DNA from: Bipalium vagum
Lineage: Eukaryota
NCBI GenBank assembly: GCA_037834085.1
Contig: JBBMKC010184296.1
Location: 1 to 36,933, forward strand
Direction of reading: 5' to 3'
DNA: 36,933 nt
Shown here: in pieces, positions 1 through 13,250 of the stretch
Layout of the letters: the number at the start of each line of letters is the position of its first letter
Numbering within the stretch: position 1 is the stretch's first letter
Notes under the pieces: generated by a model
What the model was told of the DNA's origin: nothing
Seen by the model: the letters and a program-made list of their open reading frames with translations, nothing else
Databases searched by the model: none
Position numbers and translations under genes: made by a program

Positions 1-1538
1 GTTTTGCTTAGGGTTTAAATAGTACCGAGTTATCGTAAACTGCTGGATCTGCTTTAGTTATCGATAAAATTAAAATTTTCGCTGCAATTAGGGGCTGTAA
101 AATTGACGTTGGAATGATAATCGTTGCAATTAGAAATCATATAATTGTTGTTGAATTGTTAATTGTTGTTGCGATAACACTGATAATTGATGGTGGTCGA
201 GTAGTAATTATGATGGTTGGGATAATTGAACAAATAGATAATTTTATATTTGGATAACTTTTATTATATAAAATATTTTGTTATTCCTTTTTTTTGTGTT
301 TTGTAAAAAATTTTCAATTGCTTTTATATAATTAATTTATGTATATTTTTATTTTTAGTAATTCTTTTATACTTTATTTAATTTACTTATCCTATTTTAT
401 TTCTACTTATAATAAAACTTAAAAATTTTTTCCATAAATTCTATTTTTAGTAACTTAATGTTACTTAAAAATTTTCCTTTTATAAATCTAATAATAATAC
501 CTATATTTTTCAAATATTATTTAATTTTTATTTAAATTATTAATTATTATTATTATCTTTGATTATTTAATTATTATTCGGTCAGAATTGTTTTAACAAC
601 TACACAATAAAATATTTTAACAATAAATACATATATTTTTTATACATAAAATTTTTGATTCATTCACTTTCATGCACACGTGGGATAAAGAAATAATTCA
701 TATTTATGCACACATGGGATAATAATGTTAATTGTAAATAATTGTCAAAGGTTAATCCCTTTACAATGGTTGTTGGTTTTCCACTGTGCTTGATGGTTTC
801 GTTGTTGTTGTTCGGGATGTTGATTGAGTTGATTTTGATTGAGTTGATTATGATCCTCGTAGTCTCCACAATACAAATCCCTTACCTTTTATTGTTACCG
901 GTGTCTTAAAAATTTCTTTAATTCAAATAGCTGTAAGCATATTCTCAAATTGATTAAGGGCGTTTTGAATATATACTCATGTTTTCCACATTTTAGAGGT
1001 TCTCATTGGCTCTATTCAAACTTACTAAATATAAATTGATGTGTGGGCGGTTTCTATTTTAAGTACGTTTTTCTTACTAATAATAAAATTTGCGTAGGTG
1101 TTCACTATTTTAAGTAATTTCTTAAACCACAGAACTTACTATATTTAATAACCCCACTTCCAAAAAATTTACTTATGGTAAATTATGTAATTTCGATAAT
1201 TATAATAATAATAATAATGCTTAATCATGTTGGTTAATTTTCTAATTAATATCTAACTCCACTTTAAATATATTTATTGTAACTTTTATTTTATTTAAAA
1301 ATGATTATTATTAATAACTTTACTAATTATCATTTACAACATAAAATAAAATTCAAATTCCTTTTTTCAGAAATATTAAAAAAATAGTCGGCCTTACGAA
1401 GCCTTTTCATTTATATCAATATAAAATGTAAAATGTAAAATAAATATAAATTTAAATTCAAATGTTAAATGTTAATCAAATTTTTCAATGTCGATCACCA
1501 ATTTCGGAGAGCTGCCATCATTCTCCATCGGTTCCTGA

Positions 1539-2220
1539 TGTTCGTCTGTTTCTTTTGATTTTGTGTTTGATCTGACTGGTTTTATACCAGTTTTACTGTG
1601 GATCCCAACAAAAGTAAAGCAAACACAAATAATTTAAAATCACAAATTCAAGATGAGTAAAATGAAGTTTTTGTTAATCATAAAAATAAAACAAAGGTGA
1701 AGATACTCTTGTGAAGATACAAGGGGTTCCCGGGTCGTCAACTGGGTCCTTTGCAGGTCACCTAGAGATTCCCAAACCCGTTGGGTTCCCTTGGTAAATC
1801 CGTTATTACCGTCATCAGGTTGAAAAAAATTGAAATTAAATTACTTGAGCAATCAAATTTCTAGACTTTGTATTTGTCGAATAAAACCAAATTTCTCGAA
1901 CGTCTAAAAATCAAATTTCGCGTATAAATTCGTTTAATTCTGGGCTGAATTTATGGGAATAGCCGTTTCTTTATACAATCGTAGAGATTGGTCTAGGATC
2001 ACCAATCCATAAGCTTCGAGACGGCTATTTCCACTAATAGCAATTAATCAAGCTCTATCTCCACGCCGAGATTGAGTTTCACCAAACCAGAAGGAAAAAA
2101 GTAAAACAGACAGTACCAACATATCCTTTTTATCCTCCATTAATGTGTCAAAATTTCATTTGCCTAATATATCAAAATCTCGCCGTGGCTTTTTTTAAAA
2201 TAACAAAAAAAATTGTTAAT

Positions 2221-2255
<35 letters not shown>

Positions 2256-2308
2256 ACAATTCCGTATTATCATAATTATCGCGGTTTGAGCCTTTGGCAA
2301 ACCCAATA
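1539..2308 (-). mobile_element. Degraded LTR-like sequence related to the solo LTR at 13935-14771
   Basis: Minus-strand start TATTGGGTTTGCC resembles TGTTGGGTTTACC of the solo LTR. A TATA-like GTATAAAG lies about 335 nt from that end in both. Both have AGTAAAGCAA(A)CAC about 70 nt from a TGTTC left end. No TSD found; boundaries uncertain. Confidence 0.4.
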
Positions 2309-2653
2309 ATAATAACAATTAAGTGATTTACCATTTTTACATTTTTTCAAAATATTAACAAAAAATCACTTTTATAAAAATTTGACTGCTTCTGAATATT
2401 AAAATCATAATAAGAGTAAAATCAATATGGATCCTTTTTTGGTTCGATTTTAATAATTTCTTAAAAACAATTCACAATATTAATTAAATAAAATAAAGAA
2501 CTATTCTAGTTTGAAAATATTATTAATATTAAGGTTAATTCTTTTTGATTTATTTAGAATTCCCAAAAAAATGTATATACCAATAAATCCTAAATCTTTT
2601 CATTTATTGTTTTAATATATCAAAATAATCGAATTTAAGGTAAAATATTTCAA

Positions 2654-5600
2654 ATGATTGAATTTACTAAATTTCTTTACGACTTTAAATATTTACTCGT
2701 TATTGTTGGAATATATTTATTTTATAAGTATTTTTTTCTTATTAATTCCTCTAAAATAATGGAAAAATTTAGATTAGGTAAAAAAGGGTTCAACCTTCAT
2801 TTGAAACTGGGTCATGAAGGTCCACCACCTTTGCCGTTTGTAGGAAATCTATTTGACTTATACCGATATGGAATGCGAGAATTTGATAGAATCTGCCTAC
2901 AGAAATATGGAAGACTTTATCCGTAATATAATATTTTATTCTAATAATATGAAAATCCAAATCTCAGGTTTTACTTTGGCAAAATTAAAGTGTCTATCGT
3001 TGCCGATGAAGAGCTTTTGAAACAGATATTAGTTAAAGAATCAAAATGCTTTACCGATAAAATGGTTGAACTTATTTATATAATTTTAAATATATAAAAA
3101 ATATTATGTTTTATTTTGATTATTTTATAAAATAAAATTAAAATGTTATTATTATAAAATCTTTTAAATATATAAAAAATTATTTTATTCTGTATTATTG
3201 TAAAATTAATTTCAATCAATTATTATCACATAAATCAATAATAATTATTATGAATTATTAATTTATTAATTATTTATTAGTTGGAAAGAGGAAAAAGTTT
3301 TTAAAATGAAATTGTAAAAATTCTGCAGGACTCGTTCTACTAAAATATCAAGATAGAACCTTTCGGTTAAAATTTTTAATAATTTATAATTATTGTCATT
3401 AGTTAATACTTATCTAAAAATGAATATTATTTTAATTATTTGCTTTATCAGACTCTAATTTTATTTGACATATGATAATTGCTCTTGAACTTTACATTTA
3501 GAGTATAAAGCTCACGAACCGGAGAATAATAACCTTTCAAAATAATTAATAAATAAATTTCGAAAAGTTTTTGGATCATGACATTCTTTCGATTACAAGA
3601 TAATTATAGATTTATGTGATCTTAGTATTATCCTTCGAAATTCATATGGTCTTTGAATTAATGCTTGATATCATTTCTGATCCTTTGTGTAGCCCCGTTA
3701 AAGCATAAATTTTATTCTTTCATTCTGCTTATAACATATATGTATCTCTGTAATCGCTGAACATATAACATTATAATATAATATATAATATTTATGATGT
3801 CAACGTATTTTGATTTCATTATTTGTTTTATTAATTTGTTAAGGATGTAGGATTTCATGGGAAAAGTACCAAGAAAATGTTGACAGTTCTAAAGGGGAAA
3901 GATTGGCAAAGAGTGAGGAGCTTAATATCACCGATCTTTACATCTGGCAAGCTAAAAAGGGTATGGAAAAGTTTAAAAAATCACTTTCAATTCATATTGG
4001 TATTTGATTTAAGACAAAATCTGATCATAACCGTTATTAACTGTCACGCTAACCTGGCTAAACTTAAAATTCATAGGTCAAAATTGAACGTAATATTTTT
4101 TTGACAAAAATAGTCGAGTAATTGAGAAAAAGGTACTTAAAAATCAATCAAAAAGTCTTTATATATCTTAACATTATTATGAGATTCTTCAACCATTTAT
4201 TTTAGGGACCGGTTAAGTCGATAAAGTGAAATTAATTTCACATTATATATTTTAGGTAGAGAACATAGTGAGAAAACATAGATCAGACATCTATTTCATT
4301 GCCTTGATACATGTGCATTGGAACATGCTCTAAAAATAGTCCATGGATCAAAGTTTAATACTACTTTATGCAGTTCTCATCTTGATATTTCCTATTGAAA
4401 CCGTTATGGCAACAAGTATTAAAAATACTCATTAAAGGCATTTTTTATTGTATGAGTATGGTCATGGCAAAAAATTTAACGAGGCCTCACGAAAGAGTCT
4501 GAAAATCTATTTATAAAGGATTCAGTTGTTGGCCAATGGAAAATGGTGTAGAAAATATAAATAGGGCAACAGAAGTCATACGTTGTCGACATTGACAAGC
4601 AAAAACAATTGATTGAAAAGAACCTAAAAACAAAGTTCTGAAGAATTAAACAATTTTCGATTGTCATGCGGAGATGATAACAACTCACTTTCATGAAATT
4701 GGGAAATCATGTAGAGCCGGAAGATGGGAACCATGTGCCATATTGGACAAACAAAAAAAGATGTGGGTTACTATGTGTAATGCAAATCTCATCAGATATG
4801 ATCGAGATTCATTTTGGAAAAGAATTGTGGCATTCAATAAAAAGTTTGTTGAATACCCTAATAATGATCATCGCAATCAAAGGTTATCAACTGAACATTA
4901 TTCTCTTGTGACCTCAAAACCAGACCTATTCACATAAAAGTTTCTATTGTCTGTTTGAGGAGATTGTTTAGGAGTCATTGGGAACTCCTTAAATGACGAA
5001 CCTGTTAAATCTGAACGTTACTGCCAACAATTAAACAGCTTATATTTGCCTCTTCAAAAAATAAGATTCAGTTTGGTTAGCAGAAAAGGGGTTATTCTTC
5101 AGCCTTATAATGCAAAACTTCATTCATTCGAAATGAAAAAAAGAGAATTTTTAGGACGTTTAGAAATGTCCACCAAGTAGCCTAGACATCGTGGCTAAAG
5201 ATTATCACTTATTCCACTCAATGAGACACTTTTTGAAATGATTTTTATGAAAACCTGGGTGATATAAGAAATGACTTGCAAACGTTTTTTGATAAGAAAA
5301 CCTGCAGAATTTTATTCCGATGGCACACATTCTTTGATAGATAGATGGCAGAGAGTAGTTGACACTGGTGGATGTTGCCTGCCAGCACAACATTTCTCAT
5401 ATTGAAGTTTTTTGAACCATATCAGACATGTTCGTATCTTTATTATATCCTTGCCTTAAACAACAAATATCTTTTCGTTTTTACTTTATTATAACAATAT
5501 AATAAAATACGGCGGACATGTTTATTTTCATTATCCATTTTGAAATGCTGCAGAAATAAAAATCTATTTTAATCGATTAAAATAAATTTAAAATTTGAGA

Positions 5601-8600
5601 TGACGAAAAATTAAACTTTTAAAACATATATAAAATATATAGTTATATATTTCTCTTTTCTTTAAGTGCTTGAAAATCAAACAAACCGAACCAGGTAAAA
5701 CTTGCACGAACTTTATGAACATCCCAATAATTATACAGTAATACTGGGCCCAAATTACAGAATTAAAAATTCCAAAAGTATAGAAGGTTCATGAAAGCAA
5801 AAGACAATATTTAATTTGTATTCACAAAAATTTTTGGGTGCCAAATTTAATAGGTTTCACTACATAATTTGAATTTCATTTTTATCATTCTTAATATATT
5901 TTCTTATTTTTTCTTTATTATTGATTGATTTATTATTAATTAATCAGATGTCTACTCTAATTTCTGACAGTGTACAACTGCTGGAAGAGCGTCTGGCAAA
6001 ACAACATATGGATAGACCTCTTGATGTCAAGGAGTAAGATTAAATTCCTATATCCTTTCGTGTTTTATTTTACAGGAAATAACATTAACTTAAAGGTATT
6101 TAATCATTAAGTGCTTCTGAATAAAAATGAACTTCGAAGTTTGTTTGCAACTAATAAACAAATGCAGCAGTCTCGAGTAAAAAATGAAAAATCTCACTTT
6201 AGTTTGCTCTATCTTTATTTATCTCTTTTAAAAATTGGTTTAATTATAGTTTACAGGGTGCTTGAGATAAATCGGGAATTTCTACATAAATAAAATAATG
6301 TAATTAGAATGACCCAGTGAGTGTAATTAAATTAGAATTGTTATACATTATGAAGTGTAATCTGAATGAGATGACTCACACAACGTTGAAGGATCTCGTC
6401 AGCAGCATCGACAAGATCTGGTTCCTCAATGAAAATTGTTATGAGATGCTCCACAAATCCATTGACATTATGCACAAGCGTTTGAAGCAAGTGATCGATG
6501 ATAAAGGCGATCATACGTCCTATTAGTTGAAAATATTGTTAATTACAATTATTTAAATAGTTTTAAATTTTAATTACTCCTTTCACGATAAATGTATTGA
6601 TCAACAAGAAATAATGTTCACAAAAATATAGATTAAATACTTATATATGTATTTAAGATAAATTGAAAAAACATCAAAAATTACGCATACTGCAAATTTC
6701 AGGGTGACGCAAAAGCTCGTGCTCAAAATTATATATATATTTATTTATTTACATTACTCCATACCATAAAAAACCCGATTTATTTATTAGAATAGAATTT
6801 GTGTTTCTATTTTGTTTAATTGATGTAATATTGATTATTATAGATGGAGCTGTCTAACAATAAGAAAATATTAATCTTAATCCACTATGAGAGGATTCTC
6901 ATGAAAATTGGCAAAGTACAGTTACAATTGAAAGTCTATGTGATGCATTCAATGTTAACCAAGATTACTCACATGACTTATGAAAGAATTTATTTGAAAC
7001 AGTTACTCTGGACAGAAAGAGTGGTTCAGGAAAAAGCATATCGAAGGATATGTTAACAGATGACAGCGAGTTATGGAATCTATTTGGAGGCGGAAATCTT
7101 CTAACATTTTATGTATTTCTGAGGAGACTTAGATTCCACATACAAAGAATCAGGAAAGAAGAAGGAACGAGACTTATTTCCAGAAGAACATTCCCTCTGG
7201 TAACTGATGACCAGGTATTGAAGGAGCTAAGATGGTGTCGACAGAATCGTCATCAACAATGGAAGAGTCATGTTGACATAATTGAGAATTAATTAATTAA
7301 ATAATTAATTTATTTTTTGGTAAAAGTAAATTTCACGATTTGTGAGACCCCTGACAAAGTATTTTACAGTATAATTTTTAGTTAAATTTTATAAATTTAC
7401 TAACTTAAACAATCTAAACTTTCTTTATCAGATTTTTTGGTGCTCTCACCATGGATGTTATAGCGAGAACAATGTTTGGAATTCGAACTGATGCCCAGAC
7501 TAATCCAAATAACCTATTCATTAGAAATGCGAAAAAACTTCTGAACTTTTCTCCTTTCAACCCGTTCATCTTATTATTTTGTACTTGAATTTCTTTCGGA
7601 TATAAAAAAATAAGTTTTCGTTTCAGTTCTATTTCAAAAATTTGCAAGATTGATTCCAAAGATCTATCCAAAATGGGAAGTCTTTAATCAATCTGCAATA
7701 ACGTTTCTCGTCGACAATTTGAAGAGAGCAATTGAACAGCGAAAAGGATCCAGTGAGGTTAGTTATTTTCAAGTTTTCGACTTTAAACAGAGAAAGAGTG
7801 ATCCGGCCTTGTGATCATCGAGATAACCTAAAATAATAAATAATCATAAGTTTAACAGAACAAATCAGATGTCTTTTAATGTGTTTTCATCATACAGGAT
7901 TTGTACAAGGAAAGTATCCAATTTTGGTGGTCAGTAACATTATTAACATAATTAAATGTGTTCATTTTATATTTTTCTAAGAACAAGAATTTCCGAAAAT
8001 TAATGTGAGTGTTTAATTGTTTTAATAAGTCAATATTATCGAATTAATTGCGAGAAATTCGAATTTTGATTATGTCCTGAAATGAAAAGAGTGAAAATTG
8101 TTTTTTTGAAAGCTAAGATGGAATAAGTCACATTAGTCAGACGACATTTAGAACAATTGAAATAAAAGATATACCTACACTGATGACTATGAAGAAGACT
8201 GGTTTGTGATCTTTGGAAATATGGAAGACCGCACACTGACGATGAGAAAATATGTGAAAATAAGTCAGGTTTATGAAGAAGCACCAGAGACATTGATAAG
8301 AACTGTTGCAAAGAAAATTTTGTGCAGTTTTAAAGCTGTTAAAAGTACGAGAAAAGTAATACGAAAATATTTTCAACTTTATCCATACAAGATCCAAATT
8401 AGTCATAAGTTACAAGGCGAGGATTATACTGAAAGAATTGCAATGTGCGAAGACCTAATAAATGAAATCGAAAATAAACCATCTTTTCTTCAAGACCTGA
8501 TCATCACCGTTAAAGCAACCTTTTCCTTAAATGAATATGTCAACATGCACAATTGCATAATTTGGAACCCTAAACTTCATGAAAATATCATACCACAACT

Positions 8601-11600
8601 TCATTCCAGTCCAATAATTAATGTTCAAAATTCCGTGTTTATGATTATTTTTCATGGAAATGTGATTGAAGAAAGAATGTTTAGACATGCTTACGTCTGC
8701 CATCATGACACAACTTTGTTGATGAATTAAACCTAAGCTTTTTCTCAACAATATGTTCATTATTTACGTCCTATAAGAGAATTTTCAATCAGATGAATTA
8801 GTAGGACTGTGAGGTTCCATTAGGCGCCAGATCAGCGGAAAAAATACTACCTGATTTTTTCTCTTGGGGCATCTGCAGACACGACTATATAGATGAAAAT
8901 CCAAAGATATCCAAGATCTGTAAAGTAATATTCAAATGGACGCAGAAAAAATGTGTCAAAATGTTATGAATGACTTATATAATCGCTTACATAAATGTAC
9001 TAGAGCTAAAGGTCATTCTGTGGAAAATCATTAAATATTATCGTGTCAAACATTTCCAGTCTTATGTTGAACACATTTTACGGTATTACAATTTAAAATC
9101 CCATACTTACTTTCTCCACACCCTGTATGTTTATAAATCTTAATATCTTTTCGAGTCTCGTTGCTTTGTTAAATAACTTTTTTCGAATTCCTTTTATTAT
9201 GACACAAGGTCGAGTGTTATCAAATCGCAGAATAACATCTTTCTGTTATTTAATACTTGTGTGTGTACAGTTTTCTTTAAATTTAAACTGGAAAAATGAG
9301 GACTGTAGACATTATTAATAATAATTTCACTCGTTATGAACAAGACCAAAACTAATTCACCAACATACACAAGATTGGGTTTTTTGCAGAATAAGATAGA
9401 ATTTGATAACATACATTGGGGTCTTGCACAAGTAAACAATAAACCCCTTTAGGCTTCAAAGCTGAAATTTACGAACATATAATTGAATGGGTAAATAGTC
9501 ATGTTCAAAATTACACTGCTCCCTTTTTATAACTTATAAAGTATAAAAGGTTTTATGTCTCGAGATACCAGTTTTCAACGAATTTAATTGCAAAGGTTCA
9601 CATACAAGTGAATCAAATGTTCTCATGACCATAACATGAAGATTGAAAATTATTCAATTTGTGCTCTATTTAAAATAGAACATTACCTTGTTGCAAACTT
9701 TGTATATAAAATGAATTTAGGAATATAATGACTTCATAAGTCTGATGCTGAGAGCACATGAAGAAATTGATGAAAAGAGTTCTGAACAGATCAAAGCTGC
9801 GGGTTCGAGAACATTAACAAACGAGGAAATCATGGCCCAATCTTTAATATTCTTACTAGCTGGCTATGAGACCACGTCAACCACCTTGAACTTCCTCTCT
9901 TATTTTCTGGCATTAAATCCTGATGTGCAATCGCAGATTTATGGGGAAATTTTGAACCAGATCGGAGCGGAAGTAATTTATTATAATAATTATCAATATC
10001 CACTTAAACATTGTTTTTGTTGTTACTCCATCACACTGTGATCGATTGAACTTGATATGTTTAGGGAGATATCACATACGATTCACTGATGAACATGCCA
10101 ATATTGGACGCAGCTATAAATGAAACGCTGCGATTATGTACACCGGTAGCCAGATTTGAACGAGTCTGCACTCAGGATGTGACTTTGACAACGTCTGACC
10201 ACAGGAAAATAATAGCAAAAAAGGGAGACATCTTTTCAGTGCCTGTTCATGCAATTCACACTGATCCTTCCTTGTGGCCAAACCCAGACTCTTTTAACAT
10301 AAAACGGTAAAATGTTTTTGGGTTTCACTTAAACAAAAGCCGAACATATTCAAACAAAGATCATTCATAAAGTGTTCAGAGACATTCAAACCCTTAGTGC
10401 TTATTGAATTCGATAATAATGTTCGAAGATAATTGATCAAAATACCCTTTTGGTGTTCGTAACAGTTTATTATTATAATTTTTATTTAAAAAAATGTCGA
10501 ACACTGTTTTTTTACTTAAGAGAAACAATGTTTTTTTATTACCTATCTTCTTTTTCTGACTTACAAGAAAAACCAATGTCAATAAGAACAAGAAAGACAA
10601 AATTGACAACCAGCAATTATATTTTTAGTAACAAATTCATCGTTTCTCCAAAGCTATTACGGTATTGTGACCACATAAATTCTTGAAGAAAAACAACTTT
10701 GAGGTGATTATATGCTCCATGCACAGCTTTCACCCTTTCTTTGATCTTGTTGTTTTAGCTTTTGACATTGTGGTCATAATTAACAAACTGATATTTATGA
10801 CAAACCGATTCATGTATACATGTTTTGTCTAAGTCACGATATTGTCGTGCCTCATCAGTGTTTAACTTTCTAGCTGATTTCTTTTTTTTGTTTGTTGTAA
10901 GGTTTCTGTTAATTTTTTTGATAAATGTTTTCGTTCTTACGGTTCTTGGACGTCCAGGAGAATTTCGAGCTAGTAATGATTTTTCCTCTTTTTTTTAATT
11001 TAGTCCATCCATAAATAGTAGACTTTGGTACCGTTTTTGCTACAGCTTCATAAATTCCTTCCGATTTTTTCCCATTTTCATAATGGGTTTTTATCAAATT
11101 TCTTACACAGCTCTCATACGTCATTACCTAAAAGAAAATATTGCTAAAAATAAAGTATGTTTATTTTGCAAGATATCGAAAACCTTGGCATAAATTAAAT
11201 CAATTAATAATTCAAATTTAATTTTTTTTATTTTAAAAATAATGTATTTAAAAAATTATCATTCTTTATTGGCCATATTGCACATATTGAATTCTTGTAT
11301 AAAGTTTAATTTATATATGGATTTTTCCAATGATACCAATGTGTCAAAAATGACCTATTATTTACACCTGTATCAAAAATGACCTGCCCAATACCCAATG
11401 TGTTTAATTTGGCTTACAATCTTGCCATAGGTAAAAAAACATTGTCCAAAATATCAGTATTACAGCTTTGATTCGGTGCACATAGAGTCTATATAATAGT
11501 AAACATAATTTTTCTTTTCTTCCTTAAACTATCTTCTTTTGGAAGTTGTAGATTAAGATTTGATCAACCCTTTTATCATTTATATTCAAACTTTGTGTAT

Positions 11601-11978
11601 TATTAATAACATATATCATTTACTTAATCGTGACTATTACAAAACCTTTCACTAAGATCAACTCTTCCATTTACAAACACTATTTAGATTTGATCCCGAG
11701 AATAGGTCAGCACACAGCCCTTACTCTTTTATGCCCTTTGGAATGGGTCCGCGCAGTTGTATTGGAATGAGATTTGCTTTACTGGAAGCAAAATGGGCAA
11801 TCACAGCAATTTTACAAAGATTTAAATTCGTTCCATGTGCGGAAACGGTGGTAAGATTGATAACATCTTTTGTTTATAAAGTAAAAGTGATTATTATCAG
11901 AACTCCATTAAATTTACCGGTTCAAGATTAGCCAATCCAACAAAACCAATTCTTCTGAAGGTCGTTAAGCGAAGTTGA
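2654..11978 (+). CDS. Cytochrome P450, CYP3 clan (CYP3A-like), 11 exons, 512 aa
   Basis: Exons 2654-2727, 2773-2922, 2968-3064, 3844-3960, 5948-6033, 7432-7580, 7627-7757, 9721-9972, 10065-10306, 11688-11850, 11901-11978. All introns are GT-AG and join into a 1539-nt stop-free frame. Motifs: N-terminal membrane anchor, [32 protein letters not shown], heme motif [11 protein letters not shown]. Confidence 0.95.
4406..5390 (+). mobile_element. Mariner transposase pseudogene in CYP intron 4
   Basis: Broken frames read RHFLLYEY.., [14 protein letters not shown] (WVP motif), [31 protein letters not shown] and DYHLFHSM, with many stops and frameshifts. A mariner-like TIR (GCACGAACTTTATGAACATCCCAATA) lies at about 5704-5729. 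Confidence 0.85.
6317..6526 (+). mobile_element. Tc1-like transposase C-terminal fragment in CYP intron 5
   Basis: Ends ..[22 protein letters not shown], the typical Tc1 C-terminus (SMP.R...VI...G..T.Y). A TA-CAGGGTG terminus-like sequence is at 6252. Confidence 0.7.
6700..7353 (+). mobile_element. Internally deleted Tc1-like element in CYP intron 5
   Basis: Degenerate inverted ends CAGGGTGACGCAAAAGCTCGTG / CACGATTTGTGAGACCCCTG. Internal frames give RKSGSGK and [27 protein letters not shown] (Tc1 HTH-linker region); no DDE domain. Confidence 0.6.
7895..9125 (+). mobile_element. Tc1/mariner-superfamily (maT/rosa-like) DNA transposon, decayed, in CYP intron 7
   Basis: TA-flanked degenerate TIRs CAGGATTTGTACAAGGAAAGTAT.. 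and ..ATACTTACTTTCTCCACACCCTG (24/33 match including the TA). ORF 8206-8730 has [36 protein letters not shown]; downstream PRS..PDFFLLGHL..LY and RLHKC..KG. Confidence 0.85.
10550..11124 (-). mobile_element. Tc1-like transposase N-terminal fragment in CYP intron 9
   Basis: HTH-like VPKSTIYGW followed, after a frameshift, by [19 protein letters not shown] (GRPR motif). Confidence 0.7.
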
Positions 11979-12043
11979 TTGTATCTTATAACAAAGACTG
12001 TGGTTCTATGATTGAATTTATTAAATGAATTTTATTTTTAATT

Positions 12044-12049
12044 AATAAA
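12044..12049 (+). promoter_or_regulatory. Polyadenylation signal of the CYP gene
   Basis: AATAAA about 65 nt after the TGA at 11978. AT-rich context makes a chance match possible. Confidence 0.5.
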
Positions 12050-13250
12050 AAATGATATTCAAAAAATCATTTAAATGTTATAGTGAGATAATGATTTGCT
12101 ACCCGAGACCCTTATTTAGAAATAATGTAACCACGGTGAATGTTGAAATCGGTTGAGACTTACTATTTACAGGGTACTCAGTGAAATGTTATTCAAAATG
12201 AAAAATAAATTTAATTGAACCAAAATTTTCTGTACATTAAAAATCGTAGAATACCCGATTATTAAAAAAAATTAGAAGAGGAGGCCTTTAGTTTTTAAAA
12301 CAAGTCAGAAACGGGAAATTATATTCATATCATGCTTATTAATTAATCAATTGTGAATATAATAAATGCACTGACAATTGATCAGATATTGATAAAAATC
12401 ACTTTGAAATCTTCTACTATCAAAAATTTATCATAAATATTATTTTTATAATGGCGTGATTATGGAAAACTGAAAGAAACTTTAATAAAATTTAGTTCTG
12501 TATATAAACTTATTATCGAAGTTCCCAACAGCGAGTCTATCAATATTTGTATATCCAATGTTGATAAATCCTCAATAATCAATCAAGTCAAAACATCATC
12601 AAAAGCATAACAATATAAATAGATATTAAAAATATATACACGCTAGGCTGTCCGAAAAGTTCCTGACCTTAACCATTAATAACAATGTAAAATGTATAGT
12701 TAATATTATGTAAAAATGTATATGCTTATTTTAAAAAACAATCTTCTAAGTTAATGAATATAAAAATTTATTGATTTTGGTAAATTATCTTGTTTTATTC
12801 AATCAATTTATTCGATCAATGTTTTAATATCCGCATTTTTGAAATTTTATATTACTATTATTTATTATCTTTTCGACTATTACTCTTCCTTTTCAACGAT
12901 ATTTATAGGAAAACTCTACGTGCTACCAACCGTATATTAATGTAACTTCATTAAAAAAACAGAGCCTCTCCTTCTCATTGGAATTATTGAAATAAAATAT
13001 TTTTATTTGTTGTCATAGAAAAATGTTCGTACTTAAATATTTCAATACGTCCCAGTTAATATCAATTGGCTTACAATTTAAACTACAAGTCATTTTTGAG
13101 TAAATTTATTAAGTAGTAAAACAAATAATATTTAATTAATAATATTTTCTCATATATTTTCCTTTTTTAATTTTAAAAATAGTTTACTTTTAATATGTGA
13201 TTCATACATATACTTTTTAAATATTTTAAAATATTAACCAATAAAATATA

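Noticed and set aside
1-890. N/I/T-rich minus-strand reading frames including ORF 660-869
   Set aside because: Compositional bias, stops in all frames and no recognisable motif; probably decayed repeat sequence.
1955-2032. Possible hammerhead ribozyme in the nested hairpin
   Set aside because: No CUGANGA/GAAA core in the right arrangement on either strand.
2211-2261. AT palindrome (AAT)n/(ATT)n
   Set aside because: Abutting complementary microsatellites; expected in such AT-rich DNA.
11333-11403. Short direct repeats TCAAAAATGACCT and CCAATGTGT
   Set aside because: Only two copies each, probably subterminal repeats of the adjacent transposon; not CRISPR-like.
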